Shown here: one piece after another, positions 8,628-18,644 of the stretch
Layout: the number at the start of each line of letters is the position of its first letter
Position numbering within the stretch: the stretch's first letter is position 1
DNA from: Patescibacteria group bacterium
GTDB lineage: Bacteria; Patescibacteriota; WWE3; UBA101185; UBA10185
Length of the DNA stretch: 64,000 bases
Assembly: GCA_032117075.1 (NCBI GenBank)
Contig: JAUMAA010000002.1
Coordinates: forward strand, 24,005-88,004
Direction: 5' to 3'
Notes under the pieces: model-generated
Told to the model about the DNA's origin: nothing
The model's database searches: none
What the model saw: only the letters and a program-made list of their open reading frames with translations
Translations under genes and position numbers: made by a program

Positions 8628-11493
8628 AAGTTTCTTCCTAAACTTTAAGAAAAACTTAAATCAACTTGAAACTAAGATTGAAAAATTTAATTCTAGATTT
8701 TCATTTTTTAATAAATACTTTATCCATATTTTTATTATCTTTTCAATCGTTAGCTACTTACTTTTTAAATTTGTTTTCAATATCGGTATGGGAGGGGACG
8801 ACTCTAGAATATATATTTTTCACCCCAGCTCTTACCTTGAATATGCAGCTACCAATAAAAGGTTTGCACCGCTAGAGGCAGAGAACAACCAACATTTTTA
8901 TATTAATACCATGACGGTTATGTCATTTCTCGAAACAAATTTTGGATTTACTTACAAAGAATTTTATTTTTTAATTTTTTATTTAGGATTTATTTTCTTC
9001 TATCTTGTATTAAGAGAAGTACAAAAAATCTTTAATAAAGAAAATGAAAACAGATTTGTACCTTTTTTCCTAGCAATACTTTATCCAGCAAACCCTTTGA
9101 TGGGAGATCAGGTTTGGAACAACCACTGGGTTTCAATTTTTACTATTCCTGCAACTCCTCTTATTTTTTACATCTTTATCAAAATAATTTATGGTAATTT
9201 AAAAATTAAGGATATTATCTTCTATAACCTTTTAATCACAGCACTTTCAGTTTATTTTGGAGGAGTAATACACCCCATGGTTACTTTTCTTTTAATAGGC
9301 TTATTTTTAGCTACTTTTTTAATATTTAACCTAAGAAAAACTTTTAAAATTATCTTAAATTCCATAATTTTTTTAATTGTTTTCTTACTAACAAATTCGT
9401 ACTGGTTGTATATGCTTGCTAGTAACTTTAAAGGTAATCAATTTTTAGTAGCAGTACAAAGTGCCGCTGAGGGAGATACCAAAAACAATCTTGATTACTA
9501 TGGGAGATACTTTGATTTAACTAAATTTATCTATCTTACAGGTGTTAACGATTCATCATATTATGATATCTCTTTTAAATTAAGTTCATTTTTATTTTTT
9601 GGATTAATTTTGTACTCTCTATACTTAATTTTTTATAAAATAATTAAAAATAGAAATTTTACTTTTTTTAAAACAGTATCTCCATTTCTTGCAGCTTTTA
9701 CTGTTTCTCTATATTTTCAAACCATCTCCCTTACTGCAACTGGTCAAAGATTATTTCTCTTTTTATGTAAAGTATTTTTCTTACTTTATGGCTTAAGAAA
9801 CTATACAACAAAAGTTCCGCCTACTTACTCACTATTTGTATTATTAATAATACTTATTGGTTTCTATAGTATTCAAAAATATAAAAGTATCTCTAAAGCA
9901 TTATTTATCTCAATTCTTTTATTTTTTTCTATCATTTCAATTAGAAATCTAGTTCTTTTAGAGGACTATAAATACAATATCCCAAAAGGAATGGAAAGAT
10001 TAGAATCATTTAGTGAAGATACTTATGAACTAGCTAATTACTTAAAGATTAACGAACAAATTGAAAGAATTACATACTTACCAATGTCAACATCAACTTG
10101 GACAGTTACACAAAACGGTGAAGAAGAGCTTTACATCGGGCTTTCTCCTCTAACTGTCTTTTCTGGGGTTGATGATTTTAATGGATATATGTATACAGAC
10201 TTTATGCAAGGATACTTTAAAGATTATAAGGACCTTATCGTGAAGGATATGAACAATGACGATTTAACAAACTACTTAAAGCATCTTTCTTATATCGGAA
10301 CAGAAGTAATTGTGATAGATAATGATCTAATCGAAAAAGACATTACCAAATACATGGGATATGACAAGTCAATTGATTATGTAAAACTAAATAAAAATAT
10401 TAAAAATAACTTAAAACTGGTATATACAACTAAATCTGGTAAATATTCTGTATATAAACTCCCTTACAATGTTCTGAGCTTCAAAAACAATATCTACAGA
10501 TTATCTCAAGAATCTACAAGTAAAACTTTTTATAGTTTTGACTACACCAAAGATGTATTTACTATTAGGGATTTATCAGAAAAATATGTAAATTTTGATG
10601 TTAAGGAAATAAATATTAATTCTCAAATTAATAATCTTGAAGAAATTTCTTTTGCTAAGTCATCTAATAGTAAAAATATTGAACTTAGTAAAACAGAAAC
10701 AGGACTCTTATTAAACTCAGACCTACAAAAAGTTTTTATGATTGATTTCAAAAATCAAGATTTCATTAGATTTGTCTTAGATGGTAACAAAAAAGATTAT
10801 AGAATAAAGATGGTATACGAAATAGAAAATAAATCATGCTTTAGTAAAATATTTACTAGAGAAGACACTTGTGAAGAAACTACTACACCAGATATTCAAG
10901 AACTTGATAATAAAATCATTATAACTAAAAGATTTAGTAGATATTATCTAGAGGATAAAAAATTACTAATTTACATTAGTAGTCTTAACCCAAACATTAA
11001 ACTAAAAAATATTAATCCTATTTTTTACTCAGGATTGATTAAGGTAAATAATGCCGAGAGAGAAGATTTGGTAGATGTGGTAGTAACAAAAAACCCAAAT
11101 TCTTATAAGTACCAACTTCCTACCAATTATTCTATTAAAAAGATTGATAGAGATCATATTAATGTAAATATCGAGCTAGAAAACGATAAGGACTCGGTAA
11201 TTTTAAATTACAACAAGTTTTATAATGATAAATGGATTGTAACAAGCGAAAATATTAAGAATCAAAAAAAGTTTGCTTCAAACATTTTCTTCAATAGCTG
11301 GATTATCACCCCTAAAGAAGGGCAAAAAGTTCTTAATATTAATTTGAAATTTAAAGAAACTAGCTATGAATCAATACTTAGAGATGTTAACAAATATTCA
11401 ATTATAATAAGTGTAATACTAATAGTAATATTAAATTTATATGAATATAGGAAACTTTTTTACAATATACCTTTTAGGAAACTTCGGGGATAA
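8542..11493 (+). CDS. Very large polytopic membrane protein (about 470 aa of TM helices plus a roughly 500-aa C-terminal soluble domain). GT-C-like glycosyltransferase topology. Start codon uncertain.
   Basis: 983-aa ORF. Many hydrophobic helices in the N-terminal half and a hydrophilic Asn/Lys/Tyr-rich C-terminal half. This architecture is typical of GT-C-fold lipid-linked sugar transferases (Emb/Aft/ArnT/YfhO-like). The assignment rests on topology only. Confidence 0.5.
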   Translation: MKINLKAMKKYFQKRLSPIYSFLNQTNIKSFFLNFKKNLNQLETKIEKFNSRFSFFNKYFIHIFIIFSIVSYLLFKFVFNIGMGGDDSRIYIFHPSSYLEYAATNKRFAPLEAENNQHFYINTMTVMSFLETNFGFTYKEFYFLIFYLGFIFFYLVLREVQKIFNKENENRFVPFFLAILYPANPLMGDQVWNNHWVSIFTIPATPLIFYIFIKIIYGNLKIKDIIFYNLLITALSVYFGGVIHPMVTFLLIGLFLATFLIFNLRKTFKIILNSIIFLIVFLLTNSYWLYMLASNFKGNQFLVAVQSAAEGDTKNNLDYYGRYFDLTKFIYLTGVNDSSYYDISFKLSSFLFFGLILYSLYLIFYKIIKNRNFTFFKTVSPFLAAFTVSLYFQTISLTATGQRLFLFLCKVFFLLYGLRNYTTKVPPTYSLFVLLIILIGFYSIQKYKSISKALFISILLFFSIISIRNLVLLEDYKYNIPKGMERLESFSEDTYELANYLKINEQIERITYLPMSTSTWTVTQNGEEELYIGLSPLTVFSGVDDFNGYMYTDFMQGYFKDYKDLIVKDMNNDDLTNYLKHLSYIGTEVIVIDNDLIEKDITKYMGYDKSIDYVKLNKNIKNNLKLVYTTKSGKYSVYKLPYNVLSFKNNIYRLSQESTSKTFYSFDYTKDVFTIRDLSEKYVNFDVKEININSQINNLEEISFAKSSNSKNIELSKTETGLLLNSDLQKVFMIDFKNQDFIRFVLDGNKKDYRIKMVYEIENKSCFSKIFTREDTCEETTTPDIQELDNKIIITKRFSRYYLEDKKLLIYISSLNPNIKLKNINPIFYSGLIKVNNAEREDLVDVVVTKNPNSYKYQLPTNYSIKKIDRDHINVNIELENDKDSVILNYNKFYNDKWIVTSENIKNQKKFASNIFFNSWIITPKEGQKVLNINLKFKETSYESILRDVNKYSIIISVILIVILNLYEYRKLFYNIPFRKLRG

Positions 11494-12922
11494 CTCTTGG
11501 CTTCTTTGGGAAGGTTTAAAGAATAAATACGGGCTCTACTCAAACCAAGATTTAGGTTTATATGGTTACGTAAGTAATTCATTAATTACAGAACCCTTTA
11601 TTTACCTACCTTTTTTATATCTTTCTTATTTTATTAATCCAATATTTTTGTGGAATCTCTTTGTAATTTTATTCATCTTTCTTTCTTTCTATTTTTCATA
11701 TTTATTTTTTAAAAAAACTAATTCAAGATTTGACTCAACCTTACTTTCATTGATTTGGATTTCAAACTCTTACTTCTCATTTCATTCAAGGGAACATTTA
11801 AGCTTACTTGCAGGATTTTTGTTTCCAATATATTTATTAATAAATAGTGAAAATTCAAAAAAATATCTCTATTTAAAATATCTGTTTTTAATAGTCTCTC
11901 TTGGAATTTCAAATTACATTGGTGTATTTTTGATTTTTATAAATTCTGTATATTCAATATTTCTTTATATTAAAAATAAAGATAAGCACTTTTTATTTAA
12001 TTTAATAATAAGTATGGTTTTATGTATCGGACTTTCGATTTCCTTAAAATTATATTTTTCTGATATTCAGAGAAATATTGATAACTTTAAGATTTTTTCA
12101 TTTAAACCATGGCATTTTTTCATGCAACCTGAAAGAGCTTTTTTTAATGTTTACGATCTTAATAAATATTTATCAAATAGTAATAATATCCTTTTTACTT
12201 ACTTTGAAGCAGAACACTCTACTTCTTTCTTTGGATTTACTATTCTAATTTTATTTTTCATAGTTATTTTTAAAAAACTTAAATTTAATTTTGATTATCT
12301 ATTCTTGTTAATTACTACACTGATTATCACCTTACCTCCAGTAGTCACAATTAAAAGTATAGATATTTACACCCCTTCATATTTATTTTTCCTTTTATTT
12401 GATCAGTTTAGAGTTACATCAAGATTTAATATTTTTTCATTTTTATTAATCCTAATATTAATATCATATTACTTCAAAATTTTAAAAAATAATTTTAAAA
12501 ATAATCTTATAAAAATACTTATCTCCTTAACTATCTTTGTAGAGATTTTTGTGCCTTATAAAATAAGTTACTTAGAAACAAATCAAGAAATATATAAGTA
12601 TATCAGGGAAAAAACTCCAAGTAATTCTCAAATTATTATCTACCCATATAACTATAGTAATCTTGTTTTTAAAGATATGATTTATTTTCAAAGAAAAGTT
12701 ATAAATCCATATGGATACGAATCTAAAGAAAATAACTTTTCAGCCAAGAATTTTACTCAGAACATCTCTTGCAATGAAATTGTCAAAAACAAAATAAATC
12801 TAAATAATTTATTCCTCCTTAAATTTGAAGATACCGCATCTTTAGATTCACTAAATAATAATTATGAAAAAATAATTGAAGAAAAGGAAGTTTCTTTTTA
12901 TAAAATAATTTGCGATGAGTAA
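11441..12922 (+). CDS. Polytopic membrane protein, possibly a GT-C/Wzy-like polymerase
   Basis: 493-aa ORF, hydrophobic throughout with more than 10 predicted TM helices. Overlaps the previous gene's end. Sits inside the glycan locus. Confidence 0.45.
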   Translation: MNIGNFFTIYLLGNFGDNSWLLWEGLKNKYGLYSNQDLGLYGYVSNSLITEPFIYLPFLYLSYFINPIFLWNLFVILFIFLSFYFSYLFFKKTNSRFDSTLLSLIWISNSYFSFHSREHLSLLAGFLFPIYLLINSENSKKYLYLKYLFLIVSLGISNYIGVFLIFINSVYSIFLYIKNKDKHFLFNLIISMVLCIGLSISLKLYFSDIQRNIDNFKIFSFKPWHFFMQPERAFFNVYDLNKYLSNSNNILFTYFEAEHSTSFFGFTILILFFIVIFKKLKFNFDYLFLLITTLIITLPPVVTIKSIDIYTPSYLFFLLFDQFRVTSRFNIFSFLLILILISYYFKILKNNFKNNLIKILISLTIFVEIFVPYKISYLETNQEIYKYIREKTPSNSQIIIYPYNYSNLVFKDMIYFQRKVINPYGYESKENNFSAKNFTQNISCNEIVKNKINLNNLFLLKFEDTASLDSLNNNYEKIIEEKEVSFYKIICDE

Positions 12923-13943
12923 AAAAATATTTTTGGCATATGACTACTACGAATTAAAAGATGGTACCAAACAATACGGAGTTTCAGATATCTTAATCGA
13001 ATATCTTGTAAAACAGAATACTCCTTACTATGTACATTCAATTCCAATAAGTACTAACCTAATTAACCTAGTAAGAAAATTTTCCAAATTAAAAAAAGAA
13101 ATTGAAAATTTTGATCTGGATATATTTATTGGCTATAACTTCATCAATGCATTTTATGCGATACTTATTAGAACCTTATTAAGAAGAGAGTATAAGGTAA
13201 TTTTTGTAGCAGTTGATTTCACTAAAGAAAGATTTAAAAATTTTCTACTTAATCAAATCTATATTTTTATGGATTATTTTGTATCAAAAGTATCAGATGA
13301 AACATGGAACTGCTCTTCAAAAGTATTTGAGAACAGGTCACATTTTTTGAAATCAAGCAAAAATTTCTACCTACCAAATATCCCTAATTATCAAAAAGAA
13401 GGTTTGCTAAAGTTTAAAGATTTTACAATTGTTATGATTTCTTTTCTTAATGAGAATTATTTATTTGAAGATGTATACCAACTTTTTGAATATATTAAAA
13501 ATAAAAATATTAATTTATTAATTATTGGAGATGGAAACAGAAAAGTAGAAATTCAACAGAAAATTAATCAAGAATTACTTCAAGATAAAGTCAAATTAAC
13601 AGGTTACCTCCCACACTCAGATATAAGAAAAATTTTGGAACAGAGTCACTTGGGTTTAGCACTTTACGGAGGAAAGGAATCTTATAACTTCTGGGGGGAT
13701 TCGATGAAGATTAGAGAATATACATATTATGAATTACCAGTTATAACAACTAAAAATGTTAACAATTACAAAGAAGTTATAAAAGAAAATCTAGGATCTT
13801 GTTTAGAAGATTATAATTCTTTACCAGAAGCTGTTGATAAATACTTTAGTAATAAAAAAATCTATCAAGAAACTGTTAAAAGTTGTCAAAAATATAATTA
13901 TAAATATAAGATTGATAATATGTTTAAAGAAAGATTGGGCTAG
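12915..13943 (+). CDS. Glycosyltransferase, GT1/GT4-like (Rossmann GT-B)
   Basis: C-terminal region LIIGDGNRK...YGGKESYNFWGDSMKIREYTYYELPVITT loosely matches the GT4 E-x7-E/G-x-PV donor-binding motif. Confidence 0.5.
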   Translation: MSKKIFLAYDYYELKDGTKQYGVSDILIEYLVKQNTPYYVHSIPISTNLINLVRKFSKLKKEIENFDLDIFIGYNFINAFYAILIRTLLRREYKVIFVAVDFTKERFKNFLLNQIYIFMDYFVSKVSDETWNCSSKVFENRSHFLKSSKNFYLPNIPNYQKEGLLKFKDFTIVMISFLNENYLFEDVYQLFEYIKNKNINLLIIGDGNRKVEIQQKINQELLQDKVKLTGYLPHSDIRKILEQSHLGLALYGGKESYNFWGDSMKIREYTYYELPVITTKNVNNYKEVIKENLGSCLEDYNSLPEAVDKYFSNKKIYQETVKSCQKYNYKYKIDNMFKERLG

Positions 13944-14842
13944 TTTTTAAATTCTGTATTTACTAAAAGAGCATCCATCCAAGAAATCTCTCCTTCGGAC
14001 TTACCAGAAGCATTTCTATAAGATACGATTTGAAAGTCGTAACCTTCGCCTTTTAGATATGAAAATAAAGATGAAATTGTATAGTTAGGATTTTTTTCAA
14101 TTGTAATTTCAATACAAATGTATTTTGTCTTAGCTAAAGATTTTTTAGCCCCTTTTAAAACAAAACTTTCAAAAGTTTCTGTGTCTATTTTTAAAATATC
14201 GATATTTGAAATCCTTTTTAATTCTATAAAATCATCCAATGATGAAACTTCAACCTCAGTACCTTTTGAAGAAAACCTACTTAATCCGGAGCTATCTTCA
14301 TCAAAACTCATTTTTTGTTTTCCTGTTTTTTCTCCAATTGCCATATTGAATATATTTATATTTTTTAAATTTGAAACATTTTGTTCTAAGATTGAAAAAG
14401 TTTGAGGAATAGGCTCGAAGGAATATATTTTAGATTTAGGATAAAGCATATTGGATAGAATAGAAAAATTTCCAATATTAGCCCCAATATCTAAAACTAT
14501 TTTAATATCTTTATTTTTTATTTTAATAAAAGAAAGAAGGTATTTATGTCTTGTGATAATTCCTTGGAGACTTCCTAAACCAAAGTGAGAGTCATAAAAA
14601 TATTCTTTACCAAAAAGTTTGATTTTAGAAGTTCCAAACTTAAATTTGGTAAAAAAATGTTTAAAAATTAGAAAATATTTCTTAAGTAAAAACTCTGACT
14701 TATGTAAAGAAGATAATAAGTTATCAGAAATTAAAAAATAATCTAAGTAAATTGAATCAAAAAAGAAACCGTAATACAACTTTAATAGGTCTAAAGGTCT
14801 GAATTTCATAACTTGAATAATAACATAAAAATAGTTGCCCAA
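13940..14842 (-). CDS. FkbM-family methyltransferase
   Basis: VLDIGANIGNFS motif and overall FkbM-like layout. Confidence 0.75.
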   Translation of the reverse strand: MGNYFYVIIQVMKFRPLDLLKLYYGFFFDSIYLDYFLISDNLLSSLHKSEFLLKKYFLIFKHFFTKFKFGTSKIKLFGKEYFYDSHFGLGSLQGIITRHKYLLSFIKIKNKDIKIVLDIGANIGNFSILSNMLYPKSKIYSFEPIPQTFSILEQNVSNLKNINIFNMAIGEKTGKQKMSFDEDSSGLSRFSSKGTEVEVSSLDDFIELKRISNIDILKIDTETFESFVLKGAKKSLAKTKYICIEITIEKNPNYTISSLFSYLKGEGYDFQIVSYRNASGKSEGEISWMDALLVNTEFKN

Positions 14843-14866
14843 TGAAAAAAATGGTATATTTTAAGT

Positions 14867-15283
14867 ATGGACAAGTATGTAATTAACATAGAGAAAGAAA
14901 CATTAGATAATAATTTTTTTAGAAAAGTACTTGTTACTACATCCAACCAACAATTAGTCTTAATGTCTTTAGAACCGAAGGAAGATATAGGGCAAGAGGT
15001 TCATTCATTAGATCAATTTATTAAAATAGAGTCTGGAAATGGAATTGCAATTCTTAATGGAGAAGAATTTGAGTTTGAATCAGGTTTCTCTATTAATATA
15101 CCTAAGGGTACTACTCATAATATTATAAATACCTCAGAAACAGATAAAATAAAGCTTTATACCATATACTCACCTCCTGAACACAAAGCAGATACCGTAC
15201 ATCCAACTAAAAAGGATGCTTTATTAGATGAGTACGATATCCCAGATACACTATCTTCTTCAAGGGAAGATTTAAATTTTTGA
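14867..15283 (+). CDS. Cupin-domain protein
   Basis: Two-motif cupin-like segment (GQEVHSLDQFIKIESGNG...EFEFESGFSINIPKGTTHNIIN). Confidence 0.45.
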   Translation: MDKYVINIEKETLDNNFFRKVLVTTSNQQLVLMSLEPKEDIGQEVHSLDQFIKIESGNGIAILNGEEFEFESGFSINIPKGTTHNIINTSETDKIKLYTIYSPPEHKADTVHPTKKDALLDEYDIPDTLSSSREDLNF

Positions 15284-15308
15284 TTATTAAAGTAGTATAA
15301 TTCAAATT

Positions 15309-15830
15309 ATGACTGATTATCTAAACTTGTACCTAAACCAAGTTATTTTAAGCTTTTTACTAACCTTAAATACAATTAATCAAAATACACTCAATGCTTC
15401 AGATATTAGATTTATCGAGGATGGAACAGTTACAAGGGTTGTAGATGGAGACACAATAGAGGTTTTTGATAATAATAAAGTAAACAAAATTAGACTAATT
15501 GGAGTAAATACCCCAGAAACACTAGATCCTAGAAAAGAAGTAGAGTGTTTCGGATTGGAGTCATCTATGTTTTTGAAAAAAGAATTAGAAGGAAAAATTA
15601 TCACACTTGAATCAGATAAGTCACAAGGAGATAAGGATACATACGGAAGAGATTTAAGGTATGTTTTTCTAAACGGAAATAATATCAATAAAAAAATCGT
15701 TGAGGAAGGTTACGGATTTGAATTTACATATAAAAAACCATACCTCTATCAAGAAGAGTTTAAAAAAGCTGAACAATTAGCAAAAGATAATGGAAAGGGG
15801 CTTTGGGACAAAGATGCATGCAATTATTAA
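15309..15830 (+). CDS. Thermonuclease (staphylococcal nuclease, SNase-like)
   Basis: VTRVVDGDTIEV...IRLIGVNTPET...YGRDLRYV...GYGFEF are the conserved SNase core motifs. Confidence 0.75.
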   Translation: MTDYLNLYLNQVILSFLLTLNTINQNTLNASDIRFIEDGTVTRVVDGDTIEVFDNNKVNKIRLIGVNTPETLDPRKEVECFGLESSMFLKKELEGKIITLESDKSQGDKDTYGRDLRYVFLNGNNINKKIVEEGYGFEFTYKKPYLYQEEFKKAEQLAKDNGKGLWDKDACNY

Positions 15831-16530
15831 AAAATATTTAAGCAGACTATACAAAGAGACTGAAGATTTTAAAGATGAAAATACTATTTTAGCTGTTAAA
15901 GATCACGGTCCTTTTGAAACTCTTTTAGATGTTGGTTGTTGGAAGGGCGATAAAACAATTCTTTACTCAAAAGCAGGAGATGTTAAAAGTATTTTAGGAA
16001 TAGAGCCTATTAAATCAGCTGCAAAATCTGCAAACGAAAAGGGTGTCAAAACCTATCATGTTTTTGCAGATTCAGAAAAGTGGCCTATTGATGATGAAAG
16101 TGTTGATGTAGTAGTCAGTTCTGAAGTAATAGAGCATTTAGTGAATGTAGATTTCTATTTTCAAGAAGCACACAGAGTTCTTAAAAAGGGAGGGATTATG
16201 ATTAACACTACCAATAACTTGGCAAGTTTTCATAATATATTTTCCCTCTTATTAGGATTTGCTCCATTTGATTTAACAAATTCTTCTAGAAAAGTATGGT
16301 CAATTGGAAACCCATTCTCACTACATAACAAGCAACCTCTTTCTGAAAGAGGAGAAACTTGGTTACATAAATGTGTCTATACCCCAAAATGGCTATCTCA
16401 ATGGCAAGAACTTCATGGATTTAAAACTATAAAAATATATGGAGCAGGATTCTACCCATTTCATAAAAAACTTGGGAGTTTATTTATAAATCACTGTGCT
16501 TTTTTTACTTTAGTAGGTAAGAAAAAATAA
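15814..16530 (+). CDS. Class I SAM-dependent methyltransferase
   Basis: LLDVGCWKGDKT motif I plus an acidic motif II (VDVVVSSEVIEHL). The chosen start is an internal ATG (MHAIIKK) that overlaps the nuclease gene's end. Confidence 0.65.
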   Translation: MHAIIKKYLSRLYKETEDFKDENTILAVKDHGPFETLLDVGCWKGDKTILYSKAGDVKSILGIEPIKSAAKSANEKGVKTYHVFADSEKWPIDDESVDVVVSSEVIEHLVNVDFYFQEAHRVLKKGGIMINTTNNLASFHNIFSLLLGFAPFDLTNSSRKVWSIGNPFSLHNKQPLSERGETWLHKCVYTPKWLSQWQELHGFKTIKIYGAGFYPFHKKLGSLFINHCAFFTLVGKKK

Positions 16531-17010
16531 TTATTTCTTTTTAAATTTAGATAAGTAATCAATTGCGACACCTCCGGCAACAGTAACATTTAAAGAGTGG
16601 TAAAACCCATCCTTTGCTTTAATCTCTAAAACATGTTTTGAAGCATCTAAAATATTTTGAGAAACACCCAAAACTTCGTTCCCCAACACATACACCTGAG
16701 TATTTAAATTTGGTCTAAATTTATGAAGGTTTTCACTTCTCTTATCCTGCTCAATAGAAACTATCTCAATACCGTTATCGTGACAGTATTTTATAAATTC
16801 ATCCCTGCCTTCAAAATACTTGAAGTTTAATAAATCAATCCCACTCATAGAGGTTTTTCTAATTTTGGGATGGATTTCAAAGCTATCATCTTTTTTTACA
16901 ATTCCAGTATAACCAATCAGGATAATATTTCTAACACCATAAAAAGCACAGGTTCTCAAAATAGATCCAACATTATATAAACTTCGAATATTATCAAGTG
17001 CAACAATCAT
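16531..17010 (-). CDS. SpoU/TrmH-family RNA 2'-O-methyltransferase
   Basis: MIVALDNIRSLYNVGSILRTCAFYG N-terminus and a C-terminal SPOUT knot region (LGNEVLGVS). Confidence 0.8.
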   Translation of the reverse strand: MIVALDNIRSLYNVGSILRTCAFYGVRNIILIGYTGIVKKDDSFEIHPKIRKTSMSGIDLLNFKYFEGRDEFIKYCHDNGIEIVSIEQDKRSENLHKFRPNLNTQVYVLGNEVLGVSQNILDASKHVLEIKAKDGFYHSLNVTVAGGVAIDYLSKFKKK

Positions 17011-17027
17011 GTTGTTATAATACCAAT

Positions 17028-17768
17028 ATGATTAAACCAATTAAAGACCTAGGTCAAAATTTCCTAAGAAACCAGAGAGTAATTGAAGATTTTGTTAGAG
17101 AAATTGAAATTCAAGAAAATGACACAGTATTTGAAATAGGTCCTGGGGAGGGAGTTATTACTAATGAAATTCTTAAAAAAAATCTAAATTTCAAACTGAT
17201 TTCTATTGATATTGATGAAAGAAGTATTGAAGAGTTAATCAAAATCTCTGATCCAAGATTTAAAATTTTACATAAAGATATTTTAAAATTTATTCCTGAA
17301 ATCATTGAGAAGGATTATAAAATTGTCGGAGCTATTCCATATAATATTACTTCTCCAATTATTCATCGAATTATTGAAAAGGAAATCCTACCAACAAAAG
17401 TTGTTTTAATTGTTCAAGACGAAGTTGCTAAAAAAATTATTAACGAAGAAAGGAATTCTTATTTTAGTTTTTATGTTGGATACTTTTATGAAATGAGATA
17501 CATTTCAAAAATCTCAAGAAATGATTTTTACCCATCCCCTAAAGTCGATAGCGGTATGGTTGTTTTTAAACTAAAAGAAAATTTAAAAAGTATAGACAAA
17601 ATTAAATTCAGCAATTTTCTGCATAAAGTTTTTCGAAGTCCAAGGAAGAAGATCAACAAAGTTTTTAATAAAGATTTGTTAGAAAAATTGAAAATTTCTC
17701 CAGATGTCAGACCAGAAGATTTAAATTTAGAGGAAGTTGTAGAGCTTTATAATTCTGAAAATAAATAG
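17028..17768 (+). CDS. rsmA: 16S rRNA (adenine1518/1519-N6)-dimethyltransferase RsmA/KsgA
   Basis: LGQNFLRNQRVIEDFV...FEIGPGEGVITNEIL...GAIPYNITSPI are the KsgA signature motifs. The ATG at 17028 is preferred over the GTG at 16998, which would overlap the divergent trmH-like start. Confidence 0.85.
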   Translation: MIKPIKDLGQNFLRNQRVIEDFVREIEIQENDTVFEIGPGEGVITNEILKKNLNFKLISIDIDERSIEELIKISDPRFKILHKDILKFIPEIIEKDYKIVGAIPYNITSPIIHRIIEKEILPTKVVLIVQDEVAKKIINEERNSYFSFYVGYFYEMRYISKISRNDFYPSPKVDSGMVVFKLKENLKSIDKIKFSNFLHKVFRSPRKKINKVFNKDLLEKLKISPDVRPEDLNLEEVVELYNSENK

Positions 17769-17776
17769 AAACGGTT

Positions 17777-17832
17777 GCTTCGGAACCCGGAGGTTCCGAA
17801 GCTTCCTCTCATCACGACTCTCTTATGAGTCG
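17777..17832 (+). terminator. Two tandem GC-rich hairpins: an 11-bp perfect stem with a 4-nt loop, then a 6-bp stem
   Basis: GCTTCGGAACC-cgga-GGTTCCGAAGC (17777..17802) and CGACTC-tcttat-GAGTCG (17815..17832), just after the rsmA stop. The weak U-tract leaves open the alternative of a small structured RNA. Confidence 0.4.
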
Positions 17833-17905
17833 CTACAATTATATCATTAATAAAAAGTGAAGAAAAATAACTTGATTTATAACACAAAAAAGTGATAATT
17901 GAGGT

Positions 17906-18643
17906 ATGAATGAAAATATTAACAAAAATTACCAATACTCAATTATTACTATTTTAGTTCTCTTCTTAGGTCTCTCGACTTATGCTATTTATAGTTACTT
18001 AAGTAACTCAGTCTCAGCAAATCAAATAACAGTCTCAGGAACCTTTGCAAAAGATATAAATAACCAAATTGCTAATTTTACACTAAATACAAATGGGGAA
18101 AGTGCAAGTAAAGAGGAAGCTGAAAAAATAAATTCTGATAAAGTTTCAAAAATAAGAGAAATACTATTACAGTTCGGAATTGATGAGAAAGATATTACTA
18201 CACAGAATTACTCTTCTTATAGAAAAATAGAATATTACAATGAAAATGGTATTCAAAAATCCAGAGAAACAAATTGGATTTTTAACCAATCGACAGCTGT
18301 AAAAATTAGAAATATAGAAACTGTAAATGAATTAGTTAGATCTCTTAATACAACAGAGGGAGAGATAGTGGGACCTAACTACACACTAGATATGGTAGAT
18401 GTAGACGATAAAGAAGTTTACACCAAAGCATTTGAAAAGGCTAAAGAAAAAGCTGAAAATTTAGCAAATTCATCGGGTAGAAAACTTGGGAGAGTTATAA
18501 CAATAATGGAGACAGGTTCTGGAATTGATAACTACCCAGTTCCTGTAATGTTAAGACAAGGTGGAGGAGGTGGAGGACCAGATCTATCATCAGGTACATC
18601 CAAAGTTCAGAAAACATTAATGGTAGTATTTGAACTAAAATAA
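17906..18643 (+). CDS. SIMPL/DUF541-like secreted or membrane-anchored protein
   Basis: N-terminal TM helix followed by a domain resembling SIMPL (26 kDa periplasmic immunogenic protein) family proteins. Contains a Gly6 run near the C-terminus. Confidence 0.5.
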   Translation: MNENINKNYQYSIITILVLFLGLSTYAIYSYLSNSVSANQITVSGTFAKDINNQIANFTLNTNGESASKEEAEKINSDKVSKIREILLQFGIDEKDITTQNYSSYRKIEYYNENGIQKSRETNWIFNQSTAVKIRNIETVNELVRSLNTTEGEIVGPNYTLDMVDVDDKEVYTKAFEKAKEKAENLANSSGRKLGRVITIMETGSGIDNYPVPVMLRQGGGGGGPDLSSGTSKVQKTLMVVFELK

Positions 18644-18644
18644 G

